A stretch of DNA of 64,000 nucleotides from Candidatus Saccharimonadia bacterium (GCA_038230095.1 JBBRNT010000004.1:20448-84447), one strand, 5' to 3'. Numbered from the stretch's first letter, positions 8,224 to 18,896 are shown. Notes: generated by a model not told the origin, from the letters alone. Program-made: numbers and translations.

Positions 8224-9905
8224 AGCGCCTGCTTGCAGCCATTAGTTTTGCTCTTATTCTTGTCTCACCGGCCGTAGCTGCCGGCGAAGAGAGTATTCTC
8301 CGCTTTCACGACCAGGTATCCATCAGCCAGAACGGCGACACGGCCGTCACTGAGACCATTCTCTACAATTTCGGCACCACCACCCACCACGGCATTACCC
8401 GGTCTATCCCCACGCGTTACCAAGATAGCAATGGTAACAAGTACTATACCGACTTCACCCTAGTGAGCGTTACAGACGATAGCTTCGTCGCCATCCCGGC
8501 CACCCAGAGCCAGCAGGGCGACGGAGTAGAACTGAAGATAGGCGATACCCACACCACCGTTACCGGCCAGCACACCTACATTGTTACCTACAAGCTGTCC
8601 TCTATTATCCGTCCCGGCAATGGCATAGACCGGTTCGCCTTTAATGTCACGGGTAATAGCACCCTGGTTTCCACCGCTGAAGCCAGCGCCACGGTCACAC
8701 TGGATGGCCTCACGGTGGTGCCCTCGGCTACTCGTTGCTTTACTGGCATTGCAGGCTCTACCAGCTCCAATTGTACCGCCGGGCTCGACGGCAAGTTCGT
8801 CACCAATGCCTCCCTCAATGCCGCCGAGGGTCTGTCGATAGAGCTTGATTATCCCAAGGGTACCTTCAGCCAGTACGTTCACACTGGTGCACCGCCCACT
8901 CCCGCCTGGCAGCTCTGGCTCATCTACGCCGTCGGCGCCTACATTGTGTTTCTCACCCTGCTTCTGCTTTGGCCACTTGTGGGTGTCTACCGGACGCATC
9001 GCGAGAAGAAGGCGCAAACGGTAGTGGCACAGTACGAGGCGCCGGATGGTCTGAAGCCCGGTGAGCTTGGGATGGTAGCCGACAGCACCGTGAGCATGAG
9101 CGAGATTACCGCTACGCTACTAGACCTAGCGGTGCGTGGCTATATGAAGATAACCCAGCTCAAGGCCAAGTCACTGTTTGGGGCGGCTGAATACCGTTTT
9201 GACAAGCTGCGGGAGGGTACTGACCTGGCAGATTATGAAGCTCAGTTATTTAATACTATCTTTGTCGCTACGCCATCAGTGGAGTTGAAGAATCTAGATC
9301 GCACCGCCCTGTCCGTAGCTGTTACCGCCGTCAAAAAACAAATTCAGGCCCGCCTTGAGTCACTCGGCTACTTCCAGCAGCAGCCGATTAACTGGGTGTA
9401 TATGATTATGCTTATACTGCTCGCCCTACCGCTTTTGTTCGTTGCACCCCCCGTCGCCATTATAATTATTGTCCTCGCTTTTACCCTGGCTTCAATCGCC
9501 CGCATCTCCGACACTGGTATTGCCGAGTGGGCCAAGGTTCAGGGCTTTAAGCTATTTCTGACAGTTACGGAAGCTGATCGTCTGAAGTCTAGCGATGCGC
9601 CCAACAAAACCCCTGAGCTTTTTAATAAGCTACTACCGGCCGCCGTTGCGCTTGGCGTAGAAAAGGAGTGGGCCTCGCAGTTCGGCAATATGGATCTAGG
9701 CCAATCCACCAGCGGGTGGTACACCGGTGCCAATGGCAGCAGCTTTACCCCGGTGCTCTTCGCCTCCAGTCTATCGAGCGATTTCGGCAGCGCCGTGTCC
9801 AGTGGTTTTGCACCCGTCTCATCTGGTCGTGGCGGCGTCGGGGGCGGTGGCGGCGGAGGCTTCTCCGGGGGCGGTTTTGGCGGCGGCGGTACCGGTAGCT
9901 GGTAG
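8220..9905 (+). CDS. DUF2207 family membrane protein
   Basis: VTETILYNFG..HHGITRSIP, ATLLDLAVRGY, LLPAAVALGVEKEWA, Gly-rich tail ending GGGTGSW. Confidence 0.85.
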   Translation: MKRLLAAISFALILVSPAVAAGEESILRFHDQVSISQNGDTAVTETILYNFGTTTHHGITRSIPTRYQDSNGNKYYTDFTLVSVTDDSFVAIPATQSQQGDGVELKIGDTHTTVTGQHTYIVTYKLSSIIRPGNGIDRFAFNVTGNSTLVSTAEASATVTLDGLTVVPSATRCFTGIAGSTSSNCTAGLDGKFVTNASLNAAEGLSIELDYPKGTFSQYVHTGAPPTPAWQLWLIYAVGAYIVFLTLLLLWPLVGVYRTHREKKAQTVVAQYEAPDGLKPGELGMVADSTVSMSEITATLLDLAVRGYMKITQLKAKSLFGAAEYRFDKLREGTDLADYEAQLFNTIFVATPSVELKNLDRTALSVAVTAVKKQIQARLESLGYFQQQPINWVYMIMLILLALPLLFVAPPVAIIIIVLAFTLASIARISDTGIAEWAKVQGFKLFLTVTEADRLKSSDAPNKTPELFNKLLPAAVALGVEKEWASQFGNMDLGQSTSGWYTGANGSSFTPVLFASSLSSDFGSAVSSGFAPVSSGRGGVGGGGGGGFSGGGFGGGGTGSW

Positions 9906-9997
9906 TTGCGTAGGCCCCGAAGACGGTTCACAAATAAGGCTTAATTGGCGTCCCAGATTGACCACAGGGCCAAAAACTGTTATATTGGTTAACGCGA

Positions 9998-10074
<77 letters not shown>

Positions 10075-10170
10075 AGAAAAGTGGCTCACCATGAGGTGGG
10101 CCTTTTTTCTTGGCTAGATCCAGGTAGGATGCAGAACCGTAGGGAGCTGGTCGCATGCAACAAGACCACC

Positions 10171-10190
10171 AATCCTACCCCCGCTACCAA
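10171..10190 (+). repeat. Exact 20-bp direct repeat of the tRNA-fMet 3' end
   Basis: aatcctacccccgctaccaa at both 10056-10075 and 10171-10190. Confidence 0.9.
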
Positions 10191-10353
10191 AGCAATCTAG
10201 AAATCCAGCCGTACAAGCTGGTTTTTTTCGTACTGTGGACTGGCCAAGGCCACTAAAATACGCTAAAATCCTACCGTTACTGCTTATCACAGTATTTCTT
10301 GAACAGATATGCGAGCCAAACCACGCCGAAAGCTGGTTGGCGAGCTACGACGA

Positions 10354-10428
10354 GGCTGTGTAGCTCAGGGGTAGAGCAGAAGACTCATAAGCTTTTGGTC
10401 GTAGGTTCAATTCCTACCACAGCCACCA
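10354..10428 (+). tRNA. tRNA-Met (CAU), probably elongator
   Basis: GGCTGTG...CACAGCC-A-CCA, anticodon loop CTCATAA, GTTCAATTC T-loop. Confidence 0.88.
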
Positions 10429-10465
10429 AGAAAAGAACCCGAAGCAATTCGGGTTCTTTTCTTGG
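10426..10465 (+). terminator. Rho-independent terminator
   Basis: ccaagaaaagaacccgaa-gcaa-ttcgggttcttttcttgg. Confidence 0.85.
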
Positions 10466-10624
10466 TGGTACTTGCGCTGTGAGCCTCCACCTGGCGTTTC
10501 TTAAGGTTACCCATCCTGATTATAAATTGCTCATGCTTAGCAATACTCTAATAAACCACCTCATAATTGTTCGATAAGTTAGCGTGTTGTCCAAAGCGGC
10601 TGCAAAATTATAGCTGTATCATAG

Positions 10625-11150
10625 TCATCACGTTCATGGAAACGTAAGCCCCCACGCACGTGAAACGAATGCAGTCTTCGGGCCGCAAAACGACACAGTG
10701 GTGGTCGTAAGTCTGCCACTGGCAGGGGAATAAGCGACCAGCTGACAGTGGCGCAAGCCAGGGCCAGCGAGGGTAAGTACCTTTCACAGTGTGACTCCTC
10801 CGGGTTGACGAAGGCAATACTGGGCGACGCAAGTCGCAACGTAGAGCCAGCGGACAGATCCGAAGCCAGTAGCAACTAGCGCGCAAGCGTCGGACGCCTC
10901 AGGTGAGAAGAAATGCTGTTAAAGAGCAGGAAATAACCGCCTTCGTAAGAAGGTTCTGATGCGGCCCTCGGGCTGCTAGGATACAGGGAAAAGCCTGTAA
11001 GCGCTCCTAGGGGCAACTGAAGTCGGGCGTCTCACAAGGACGACAGTCGTCAGCGGCAACAAAGATCGAAGTGCTTAGCTGGTAGAGTACCAACAATACC
11101 GGCCTACCGTTTTCTGAACTAGGGTCCCCGCGCAAGCGGGGACCCTACAT
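10625..11150 (+). ncRNA. Large ornate structured RNA (ROOL-like candidate)
   Basis: No credible ORF; at least 9 hairpins, many with GCAA/GTAA/TTCG loops; long-range pairings; 3' hairpin 11120-11147; GAGGGTAAGTACC motif recalled from ROOL RNAs. Confidence 0.7.
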
Positions 11151-11316
11151 CATTTTATCCACCATTTTTGCTATTGCATTACGCTTACGCTATTAACATA
11201 ATGAAGCTATGAAATGGATACAAACACCAAAGCTTGCTACCAGCAATTTGGCCTGTCTGCACCCAGCTCCGTCTCTAGTCACCACCCGGTGACTTTTTTG
11301 ATATTGAGAGGATACC

Positions 11317-11742
11317 ATGGCTCGTCGTCTGACCGATAAGGAAGTTGACGCAGCCCGCGCCGACCCCAGCTTTTGCCCTCGCCCTACCCGGGACTGGAAG
11401 TTCTCCCCCGCCGAATCCGAGGATTTTGTAGCTAGCATCCTGACCCAGCTCGGCATTGCCTACGAGCGAGAAGACTTGTTCTTCCCCACGCAGCGTGAGC
11501 AGCGACCACAGCTAGTCGAGCTGGGGTTCACTCCGGACTTTCGTTTACCGGACTATGAAGGCTGGTACATAGAGGTTACGACCCGAAAAGATCTCCAAGA
11601 AAAGAATGTGAAGGTTCACAACGCGCAGGCGATCTATGGCATTCGTATCTTACTGATCACGCGCCGGGAGCTTACACTTCTGTCCACCGATCCAGTAGCA
11701 CTCCTGTCGCTCCTACAGCTGCCTGTACCTGTGGCGGCTTAG
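11317..11742 (+). CDS. PD-(D/E)XK nuclease-fold protein
   Basis: SPAESE...GIAYERE...FTPDFRLPDYEGWYIEVTT; SD GAGGA upstream. Confidence 0.65.
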   Translation: MARRLTDKEVDAARADPSFCPRPTRDWKFSPAESEDFVASILTQLGIAYEREDLFFPTQREQRPQLVELGFTPDFRLPDYEGWYIEVTTRKDLQEKNVKVHNAQAIYGIRILLITRRELTLLSTDPVALLSLLQLPVPVAA

Positions 11743-11770
11743 CCCCTCTTCCAAGTGAAGGGGGGTTTTC

Positions 11771-12313
11771 TTGCCTCCAATCATGCTCGCGTGGTACTCT
11801 ACTCCTCACGTTGCCGCATTGGGCGGCACGATTAGTATCGTCGAAAGGACGAGCTACATGACAAGTAGTGCTACAGAATTGGTGCTCGATGTGGGGCAAG
11901 ATATCCCGGGGGCTTTGGCCATGGCCATGGAGCTAGAGCGTCTCTACGGCAGGGGAGCCATTGAGCAGCTAGTGGGCCTTGGTCTAGTGGGACCACTGCT
12001 AGACGACTACGCGGGCCAGCTCTTCCGCTGCCCGCTGGAGGTCATGAAGGGGGTTCGAGACGGCAGCGCGGCGCAGTGGGTCATCTCTCACTACCAGACC
12101 GTCATCCGCGAGCATCACCAAGAAGCCACACTCATGACATCGCTATCCCAGCGTGAGTGGAGCATTGCCGAGGTCACGCGGCTTCTGGCCGACTTCACCG
12201 TCTGCCACCAGCAGGAGGGCACCGCACTCTGGATGGAGCTACGTCCGCCAGCAGCGCTCCACCCCAGCCGGGGCACCCACCCGCCGCACGCGTCCGAACT
12301 CCTGACGGCCTAG
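11771..12313 (+). CDS. Hypothetical protein (start uncertain)
   Basis: 180 aa ORF followed by a terminator hairpin ccccgctagcac...gtgctagcgggg (about 12322-12349). Confidence 0.5.
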   Translation: MPPIMLAWYSTPHVAALGGTISIVERTSYMTSSATELVLDVGQDIPGALAMAMELERLYGRGAIEQLVGLGLVGPLLDDYAGQLFRCPLEVMKGVRDGSAAQWVISHYQTVIREHHQEATLMTSLSQREWSIAEVTRLLADFTVCHQQEGTALWMELRPPAALHPSRGTHPPHASELLTA

Positions 12314-12392
12314 CCGTCCTGCCCCGCTAGCACTCTGGTGCTAGCGGGGTTCTGCTTACCCGGCGTCAGCCAGTTTCTGCTACCATACAGCC

Positions 12393-13343
12393 ATGTCGGA
12401 ACACTCACTCACTCAGACTGTGGCCTGGCCTGGGGCCGGCCGCTACATTGTTGCTGTCTCCGGCGGCGTCGATTCAGTGTGTCTACTAGACCTGTTGGCG
12501 GCCCAGGCTAGAGCCCGGAGCTACGAGCTAATTGTGGCTCATGTTGACCATGCATTACGGCCAGACTCCGGCGATGACCAGGCGCTCGTGCGACAGGCTG
12601 CCAAGGATTACCACCTGCCCTTCATCACGACTACCTTGAGCCTGGGGGATACCAGCGAGGCTACCGCCCGTGCCGCCCGCTACAGCTTCCTCCGCCGAGT
12701 CATGGCAGAGCAGAAAGCCAGTGGCATCATTACGGCCCACACTCTAGATGACCAGCTGGAAACGCTGGTATTTGCCGCGCTCCGTACCCAGAGCGGGCGT
12801 GGGCTTCTGGGTATCCAATCAGGTGGGGAGTTGCTACGCCCATTACTAGCAGTCACGAAGGCGCAGCTAGTGGGCTACGCGCGGGAGCGCCAGCTAGTCT
12901 GGCGCGAGGACTCTACCAATGCTGAGACCCACTACGCTAGAAATGCCATCCGCCACCACTTCCTGCCCGCTGCCCTAGGGCACAATCCAGAGTTTGCCCA
13001 GACTGCGCACAGCGTCGTAGGTCAGTTGGCCACCACACGCCGGCAGCTTTGGGAGGCAGTAGGGCAGTGGCTTACGGTACATGCTACGCAGACACGCGCC
13101 GGACTGCAGCTCAATCGCCGCGCCGTACTCGCCCAGGACTTTGCCGTGGTGGCAGAGATAATTGCCCAGGCCACCGCCCGCCACTTCCCAGGCATAGAGC
13201 TAGCAGCAGAGCGCATCCAGGAAGCTGCCCGCTTTGCCAAAACTGCCCGCTCCGGTCGGGTGGAGTTGGGTCAGGCCCTGAGCCTCACTATTACCGGCCA
13301 ATTCATAACGCTTTCGATTGCCCGCCTGCCTCAGAACCGGTAG
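12393..13343 (+). CDS. tilS: tRNA(Ile)-lysidine synthetase
   Basis: VAVSGGVDS PP-loop, AHVDHALR, EATARAARY, TAHTLDDQLET, EDSTN..RNAIRH; upstream of ftsH. Confidence 0.93.
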   Translation: MSEHSLTQTVAWPGAGRYIVAVSGGVDSVCLLDLLAAQARARSYELIVAHVDHALRPDSGDDQALVRQAAKDYHLPFITTTLSLGDTSEATARAARYSFLRRVMAEQKASGIITAHTLDDQLETLVFAALRTQSGRGLLGIQSGGELLRPLLAVTKAQLVGYARERQLVWREDSTNAETHYARNAIRHHFLPAALGHNPEFAQTAHSVVGQLATTRRQLWEAVGQWLTVHATQTRAGLQLNRRAVLAQDFAVVAEIIAQATARHFPGIELAAERIQEAARFAKTARSGRVELGQALSLTITGQFITLSIARLPQNR

Positions 13344-13420
13344 AATAATCTGACTAGTTATATACGGCTCCCCAGGATAGAATTAGAAGCGAGTGCAAAC
13401 ATTGCTAGTGGAAGGTAAGT

Positions 13421-15319
13421 ATGAAGAAAACAACCCGCAAATTTTGGTTTTTAATCGGTGGTCTCCTCTTGGTGGCTGGGGCCTTAGTAGCTTTTGCTCC
13501 GCAGACCAAAACCGAGAAGGTTTCATTATCACAGGTCATTGAGGAATCAAAGAACGACAAGATCCAGCGCATAGAGGTCGACGGCCAGCAGCTGACCGTG
13601 ACCATGAAGGATCCGTCCGCTCCCAAGCAAATTGCTCAGAAGGAAGCCACGGCCAATCTGAAAGACTACGGCATTGACTATAGTAAGATCACTGTCGAGC
13701 CCAAGAGCGCCGACAGCACCAGCACCCGTATCTGGGATATGATCAGCATCTTCGGACCCATCCTGCTCATTATCGCCTTCTTCTATATTATGATGCGCCA
13801 GGCCCAGGGTTCTAGTAACCAGGCCATGAGCTTTGGTAAGTCCCGTGCCCGCCTTTTTGGCTCAGACAAGGAGCAGGTCACGTTCAAGGATGTAGCTGGT
13901 GCTGAGGAAGCCAAGCAAGAGCTAGAGGAGATTGTCGAGTTCCTGAAGTACCCAGCCAAGTTCGAGACCCTTGGCGCCAAAATTCCTAAAGGCGTTCTCC
14001 TCTTTGGCCCTCCCGGAACAGGTAAGACCCTCATGGCGCGTGCCGTGGCCGGCGAGGCTGGGGTGCCATTCTTCAGCATTTCCGGTTCAGAGTTTGTGGA
14101 AATGTTTGTCGGCGTCGGCGCTAGCCGTGTTCGCGATCTGTTCCAGAAAGCCAAAAAGAACTCCCCCTGCATTATCTTTATCGACGAGATTGATGCCGTC
14201 GGCCGCCAGCGCGGTACCGGTATGGGTGGCGGGCACGACGAGCGCGAGCAGACTCTCAACCAGATTCTGGTTGAAATGGACGGCTTTGAGCAGGGCACTA
14301 CCGTTATTGTCATGGCCGCTACCAACCGCCCAGACGTGCTCGACCCTGCACTACTCCGTCCCGGTCGTTTCGATCGTCGCGTTACCCTTGAGAACCCAGA
14401 CATGAATAACCGCAAGTCTATCCTGGAAGTGCATAGCAAGAATAAGCCGTTAGCAACCGATGTCGACTTCCTCACAATCGCCAAGAAGACGCCTGGTTTC
14501 TCCGGTGCGGACCTTCAGAATGTTATGAATGAGGCCGCCATCCTCGCCGCTCGTCTAAATCAAAAGAAAATCACCCAGAAAGACATTAGCACCTCGGTGG
14601 AGAAAGTTACGCTCGGACCGGAGCGCCGCAGCCACGTCATGAACACTGCCGAGAAGAAGATTACCGCCTATCACGAGGCCGGTCACGCCATTGTGGCTCA
14701 TCTTCTGCCCAATGCGCACCCTGTCCACAAGGTATCTATCGTGTCTCGTGGTTCCGCCGGTGGCTTCACCTGGCAACTACCTACTGAGGATCGCCATCTT
14801 AATAGCGTCTCAGAGTTCAAGGACGACATGGCCGTCATGCTCGGTGGCCGTATGGCCGAGCAGGTAGTCTTTGGCGAGATCACCACTGGTGCCTCCAATG
14901 ACCTCCAGAATGCCAACAGTCTAGCCCGCCACATGATCATGGACTATGGCATGAGCGACAAGCTGCGCAATCGTGTCTTTGGGACCCAGCACGATGCTAT
15001 CTTCCTTGGGCGCGATCTAGGCTCTGGCAAGGAGTACTCGGAAGAGGTGGCCAACACTATCGACACAGAGGTGGCCGCCCTCATCGATGAGGCTGCCGCT
15101 ACTGCTGAGCGCGTTATTACCAAAAACCGCGACAAGCTAGACAAGATTGCCAATCAGCTTATCAAGACTGAAACTCTCGAAGGCAAGGAGTTCTCAGACC
15201 TCGTTGGCCCAGGCAACAACAGCCGTGGTGGCGAAGAGGTCATCGCAGAGACCAAGGCTGCTGCCACCAAGCGCGCGGACAAGACCGGCAAAGACGCCGA
15301 AGTAACTGCCACAGCCTAA
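13421..15319 (+). CDS. ftsH: ATP-dependent zinc metalloprotease FtsH
   Basis: [23 protein letters not shown]; two N-terminal TMs. Confidence 0.97.
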   Translation: MKKTTRKFWFLIGGLLLVAGALVAFAPQTKTEKVSLSQVIEESKNDKIQRIEVDGQQLTVTMKDPSAPKQIAQKEATANLKDYGIDYSKITVEPKSADSTSTRIWDMISIFGPILLIIAFFYIMMRQAQGSSNQAMSFGKSRARLFGSDKEQVTFKDVAGAEEAKQELEEIVEFLKYPAKFETLGAKIPKGVLLFGPPGTGKTLMARAVAGEAGVPFFSISGSEFVEMFVGVGASRVRDLFQKAKKNSPCIIFIDEIDAVGRQRGTGMGGGHDEREQTLNQILVEMDGFEQGTTVIVMAATNRPDVLDPALLRPGRFDRRVTLENPDMNNRKSILEVHSKNKPLATDVDFLTIAKKTPGFSGADLQNVMNEAAILAARLNQKKITQKDISTSVEKVTLGPERRSHVMNTAEKKITAYHEAGHAIVAHLLPNAHPVHKVSIVSRGSAGGFTWQLPTEDRHLNSVSEFKDDMAVMLGGRMAEQVVFGEITTGASNDLQNANSLARHMIMDYGMSDKLRNRVFGTQHDAIFLGRDLGSGKEYSEEVANTIDTEVAALIDEAAATAERVITKNRDKLDKIANQLIKTETLEGKEFSDLVGPGNNSRGGEEVIAETKAAATKRADKTGKDAEVTATA

Positions 15320-15353
15320 CTCTACCGCCCGAAGCGCGGTATAATACCTAGCA

Positions 15354-16949
15354 GTGGACAAACTAATAAACAAAGTAAATCGCCGTACCACCACCGGGGT
15401 TGCGGCCACGCTCATCTCTGTATCGTACCTGTTGAGCAGGGTACTTGGCCTGTTCCGTGATCGCGTTCTTGCGAGCCACTTTGGAATTGGACCACTGGCC
15501 GACGCCTATACAGCAGCCTTCCGCCTACCCGACCTGCTCTTCACCTTGCTTATTTCTGGCGCGCTGGCGGTAGCCTTTATCCCCGTCTTTGCCCACCTCG
15601 TTGAGAAGGATAAGGGCCACAGGGAGGCCTGGCAGCTAGCGAGCGATGTACTCAATCTCTGCCTTATTGCCACCGTCGTACTGGGGGTGCTCAGCGCCAT
15701 TTTCGCCTCACCCATCGTGCATTTAATCACGCCCGGCTTCGACCCAGCTCGGCATGATCTGACAGTTAAGCTCACCCGCATTATGCTGCTGACGCCAGTA
15801 ATCTTCGCGCTGTCTAGCGTATGGGGTAGCATTGCCCAGGCCTTTAACCGGTTTGTATTCTTTGCCATGGCGGGTGTTTTCTACAATGTGGGGATCATTG
15901 TAGGCATTGTTGTTTTTGGCCGCACGGGGTCCATAGAGGGCGTCGCGTGGGGTGTGGTAGTAGGCGCGCTGGCCCAGGCCACAGTTCAAGTGCTGGGCCT
16001 AGCTGGGCTTGGCTACCGCTACTCCCCGAAGCTGCACCTACGCAATCCAGAACTGTGGCGGGTAGTCGCCCTCATGATCCCTCGCTCAATCGACCAGGGT
16101 ATAGACCAGGTCAACTACACCGTCCAGACTATTGTCGGCTCTAGCCTAGCCACGGGCTCGCTCACCGCCTACTACTACGCCAATAATCTCAAGAACGTCC
16201 CGCTAGTACTCTTCGGTAGCGCTATTGCTACCGCAGTCTTTCCCACTATGGCCAAAGACGCCGCCGCAGGTCGGATAGATAAGCTCATAGAAGGCTTTGT
16301 AGCCAATATGCGTTTCGTGCTGTTTCTTATCATTCCAGCCGCCGCTGTCACCGTTATCCTCCGAGGCTACATTGTCCGACTGCTGTTTGGTTTTGGTAAT
16401 GCCATGACGGCCACGACCCTCGGCTGGTTTAGCGGCGCCATTGTCGCTACGAGCATATTCTTCCTGGTTACCAGAGTGTTCTACGCGCTCGAGGACTCCA
16501 AAACACCGCTCTATGTCAGCCTATTTGCCATCACCATCAATATTATGCTCAGCTTCGCCTTGGGCAGCCGCTACGGCGTAGCCGGTCTGGCCATGGCCCA
16601 GTCGATGGTGGCGGCTGCCGAGGTGCTCATCTTGCTGCTATTGCTGAGCCGTAAGCTACCGAGCATTGGCGGCGCCCAGATCTGGGCCGGCTTCTGGCGT
16701 ATTAGTCTAGCTACCGCCATTTCGGGGAGCGTCATGTACCTACTGGTGGTGCGCTCGCTGCCACTATACTTAAATGATCTGGGCTTTCTCAGTATTGGCC
16801 CTAAGTTTGCCCTTATTGCACTAGCGGGGTTGGTCAGTTATCTGGTACCATGCTACCTGCTACGGCTTCGTGAAGCCAAACTCTTCGTCGCCCGCTTCCA
16901 CGAACAAATACTCAAGCCTCTCAATATACTGAATCAACGAAACGACTAG
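15354..16949 (+). CDS. murJ: Lipid II flippase MurJ
   Basis: SRVLGLFRD..., AFRLPD, AFIPVF; multi-TM MOP fold. Confidence 0.92.
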   Translation: MDKLINKVNRRTTTGVAATLISVSYLLSRVLGLFRDRVLASHFGIGPLADAYTAAFRLPDLLFTLLISGALAVAFIPVFAHLVEKDKGHREAWQLASDVLNLCLIATVVLGVLSAIFASPIVHLITPGFDPARHDLTVKLTRIMLLTPVIFALSSVWGSIAQAFNRFVFFAMAGVFYNVGIIVGIVVFGRTGSIEGVAWGVVVGALAQATVQVLGLAGLGYRYSPKLHLRNPELWRVVALMIPRSIDQGIDQVNYTVQTIVGSSLATGSLTAYYYANNLKNVPLVLFGSAIATAVFPTMAKDAAAGRIDKLIEGFVANMRFVLFLIIPAAAVTVILRGYIVRLLFGFGNAMTATTLGWFSGAIVATSIFFLVTRVFYALEDSKTPLYVSLFAITINIMLSFALGSRYGVAGLAMAQSMVAAAEVLILLLLLSRKLPSIGGAQIWAGFWRISLATAISGSVMYLLVVRSLPLYLNDLGFLSIGPKFALIALAGLVSYLVPCYLLRLREAKLFVARFHEQILKPLNILNQRND

Positions 16950-16953
16950 TCTC

Positions 16954-18741
16954 ATGTCAGACCAATCCCATATCCGCAATTTCTGCATTATTGCTCATAT
17001 AGATCACGGTAAGTCTACGCTGGCTGACCGCTTGCTGGAGCTGACCGGTACCGTCGACGCGCGCCATATGAAGGCTCAGCTTTTAGACAAGATGGACCTT
17101 GAACGCGAGAAGGGTATTACCATTAAGCTGGCTCCAGTGCGCATGAACTACCAGGGCTGCCAGCTCAATCTAATCGATACACCCGGCCACGTCGACTTTA
17201 GCTATGAGGTGTCCCGGAGCCTGGAGGCCTGCGAGGGCGCTCTACTTATTGTGGACGCCAGCCAGGGCATACAGGCGCAGACCCTGGCCAATGTCTACCT
17301 GGCCCTTGGCGCCGATCTGACCATTATCCCGGTTCTCAATAAGATAGACCTACCGGCGGCAGATGTGGACCGGGTGAGCAGTGAGATTGTCGCGCTCCTA
17401 GGCTGCGATCCAGCAGATATACTCCACATTAGCGCCAAGACGGGCCAGGGCGTAGCAGAGGTACTCACCGCCGTCATAGACCGTGTCCCGGCCCCCAAGG
17501 TCTCAGATAGCGACACTACCCGCGCCCTCATATTTGATAGCTACTACGACGACTATCGCGGCGTCATCCTCTATGTGCGCGCCGTGGACGGCACCATTAA
17601 GAAGAACGATAGCCTGGTCATGATGAGCACAACCAGCCGGAGCATAGCGCTGGAGGTAGGTTGTCTCTCGCCCGAGCTATCACCGCTGCCGGTCATTAAT
17701 ACTGGCGAGATTGGCTACATTGTTACCAATCTCAAGTCCACTCGCGAGGCCAAGGTGGGGGATACCGTTACGCTAGAAAAGCACCCGGCCACCCAGGCGC
17801 TGCCGGGCTACAAGGACGTTAAGCCGTTTGTCTACGCTGGCTTCTTCCCAACGAGCAACGAGGACTACAATAGCCTCAAAGACGCCATTGATAAGCTTAG
17901 TCTCAGCGACTCTGCCCTGGTCTATGAGCCCGAGAACTCGCCGGTTCTGGGCTTCGGCTTCCGTATTGGCTTCCTCGGCCTACTCCACATGGACATTGTG
18001 AAAGAACGTCTGGAGCGAGAGTACGATCTGGATCTGATCGTTACTAACCCTAGTACGGACTATCAGGTGCAGCTAGTTGACGGCAGTGAGTTAAGCATAA
18101 AGAGCGCGAGTGACCTACCCGACGTTACCCGTATTACGGAGATCCGCGAGCCGTGGATTAAGGGCGAGGTAGTCTGCCCCAAGGAGTACGTGGGGGCCGT
18201 CATCCAGCTCATTGTCGGCAAGCGTGGCATACAGACCAATCTGGGCTTTGTCGACGCCCAGCTAGCCCTCGTCAGCTTTGAGGCGCCCTTGGCCAATCTC
18301 CTCACCGATTTCTATGACAAGCTGAAGAGCATTACGTCCGGCTATGGCTCGTTTAACTACGAGCTGCATAACTACCGTACGCAGGACCTAGTCCGCCTGG
18401 ACTTCTATGTTGCGGGCGACAGGGTCGATGCCCTCAGCCTCATGGTGCACCGCACTGAAGCCCCCTATGTGGGTCGCGATACCGTAAAGAAGCTCAAGGA
18501 AGTCATCCCACGCCAGCAGTTCTCCGTCTCTCTCCAAGCGGCTATTGGTGGCAAGTTCATTGCCCGCGAGGACGTCAGCGCCTTCCGTAAGGACGTTATT
18601 GCTGGCCTCTACGGCGGCGACGTGTCGCGTAAGAATAAGCTGCGTGACAAACAGAAAAAGGGCAAGGCTCGTATGAAGCGCTTTGGCAAAGTCGATATCC
18701 CGGCCGAGGCCTTCACTACCCTCGTACGCCGCGACGACTGA
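16954..18741 (+). CDS. lepA: Elongation factor 4
   Basis: IRNFCIIAHIDHGKSTLADR, GFRIGFLGLLH, KQKKGKARMK. Confidence 0.97.
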   Translation: MSDQSHIRNFCIIAHIDHGKSTLADRLLELTGTVDARHMKAQLLDKMDLEREKGITIKLAPVRMNYQGCQLNLIDTPGHVDFSYEVSRSLEACEGALLIVDASQGIQAQTLANVYLALGADLTIIPVLNKIDLPAADVDRVSSEIVALLGCDPADILHISAKTGQGVAEVLTAVIDRVPAPKVSDSDTTRALIFDSYYDDYRGVILYVRAVDGTIKKNDSLVMMSTTSRSIALEVGCLSPELSPLPVINTGEIGYIVTNLKSTREAKVGDTVTLEKHPATQALPGYKDVKPFVYAGFFPTSNEDYNSLKDAIDKLSLSDSALVYEPENSPVLGFGFRIGFLGLLHMDIVKERLEREYDLDLIVTNPSTDYQVQLVDGSELSIKSASDLPDVTRITEIREPWIKGEVVCPKEYVGAVIQLIVGKRGIQTNLGFVDAQLALVSFEAPLANLLTDFYDKLKSITSGYGSFNYELHNYRTQDLVRLDFYVAGDRVDALSLMVHRTEAPYVGRDTVKKLKEVIPRQQFSVSLQAAIGGKFIAREDVSAFRKDVIAGLYGGDVSRKNKLRDKQKKGKARMKRFGKVDIPAEAFTTLVRRDD

Positions 18742-18896
18742 GCATAACGATATTGACGGTAAGTCCCTAGCGTGAGCTCTAGATAATGTCCACCACCAGT
18801 GGTGAGGCCAAGAAAATTAGTGATTACCACAAGCCCAATAGCAACTTTAATGGCTAAGGGGTGGGTACGGCGGCCAATAAGCATTAGAATAATGCT

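Noticed and set aside
9820-9905. GGC-rich repeat
   Set aside because: Normal Gly-rich C-terminal tail of DUF2207 proteins
10579-10886. Short minus-strand ORFs over the structured RNA
   Set aside because: No SD or recognisable motifs; better explained as antisense to an ncRNA
10625-11150. RNase P RNA, tmRNA or group I/II intron as the identity of the large RNA
   Set aside because: No GAGGAAAGTCC/P4 signature, no tRNA-like GGGG...CCACCA ends or tag ORF, no interrupted host gene and no domain-V motif seen
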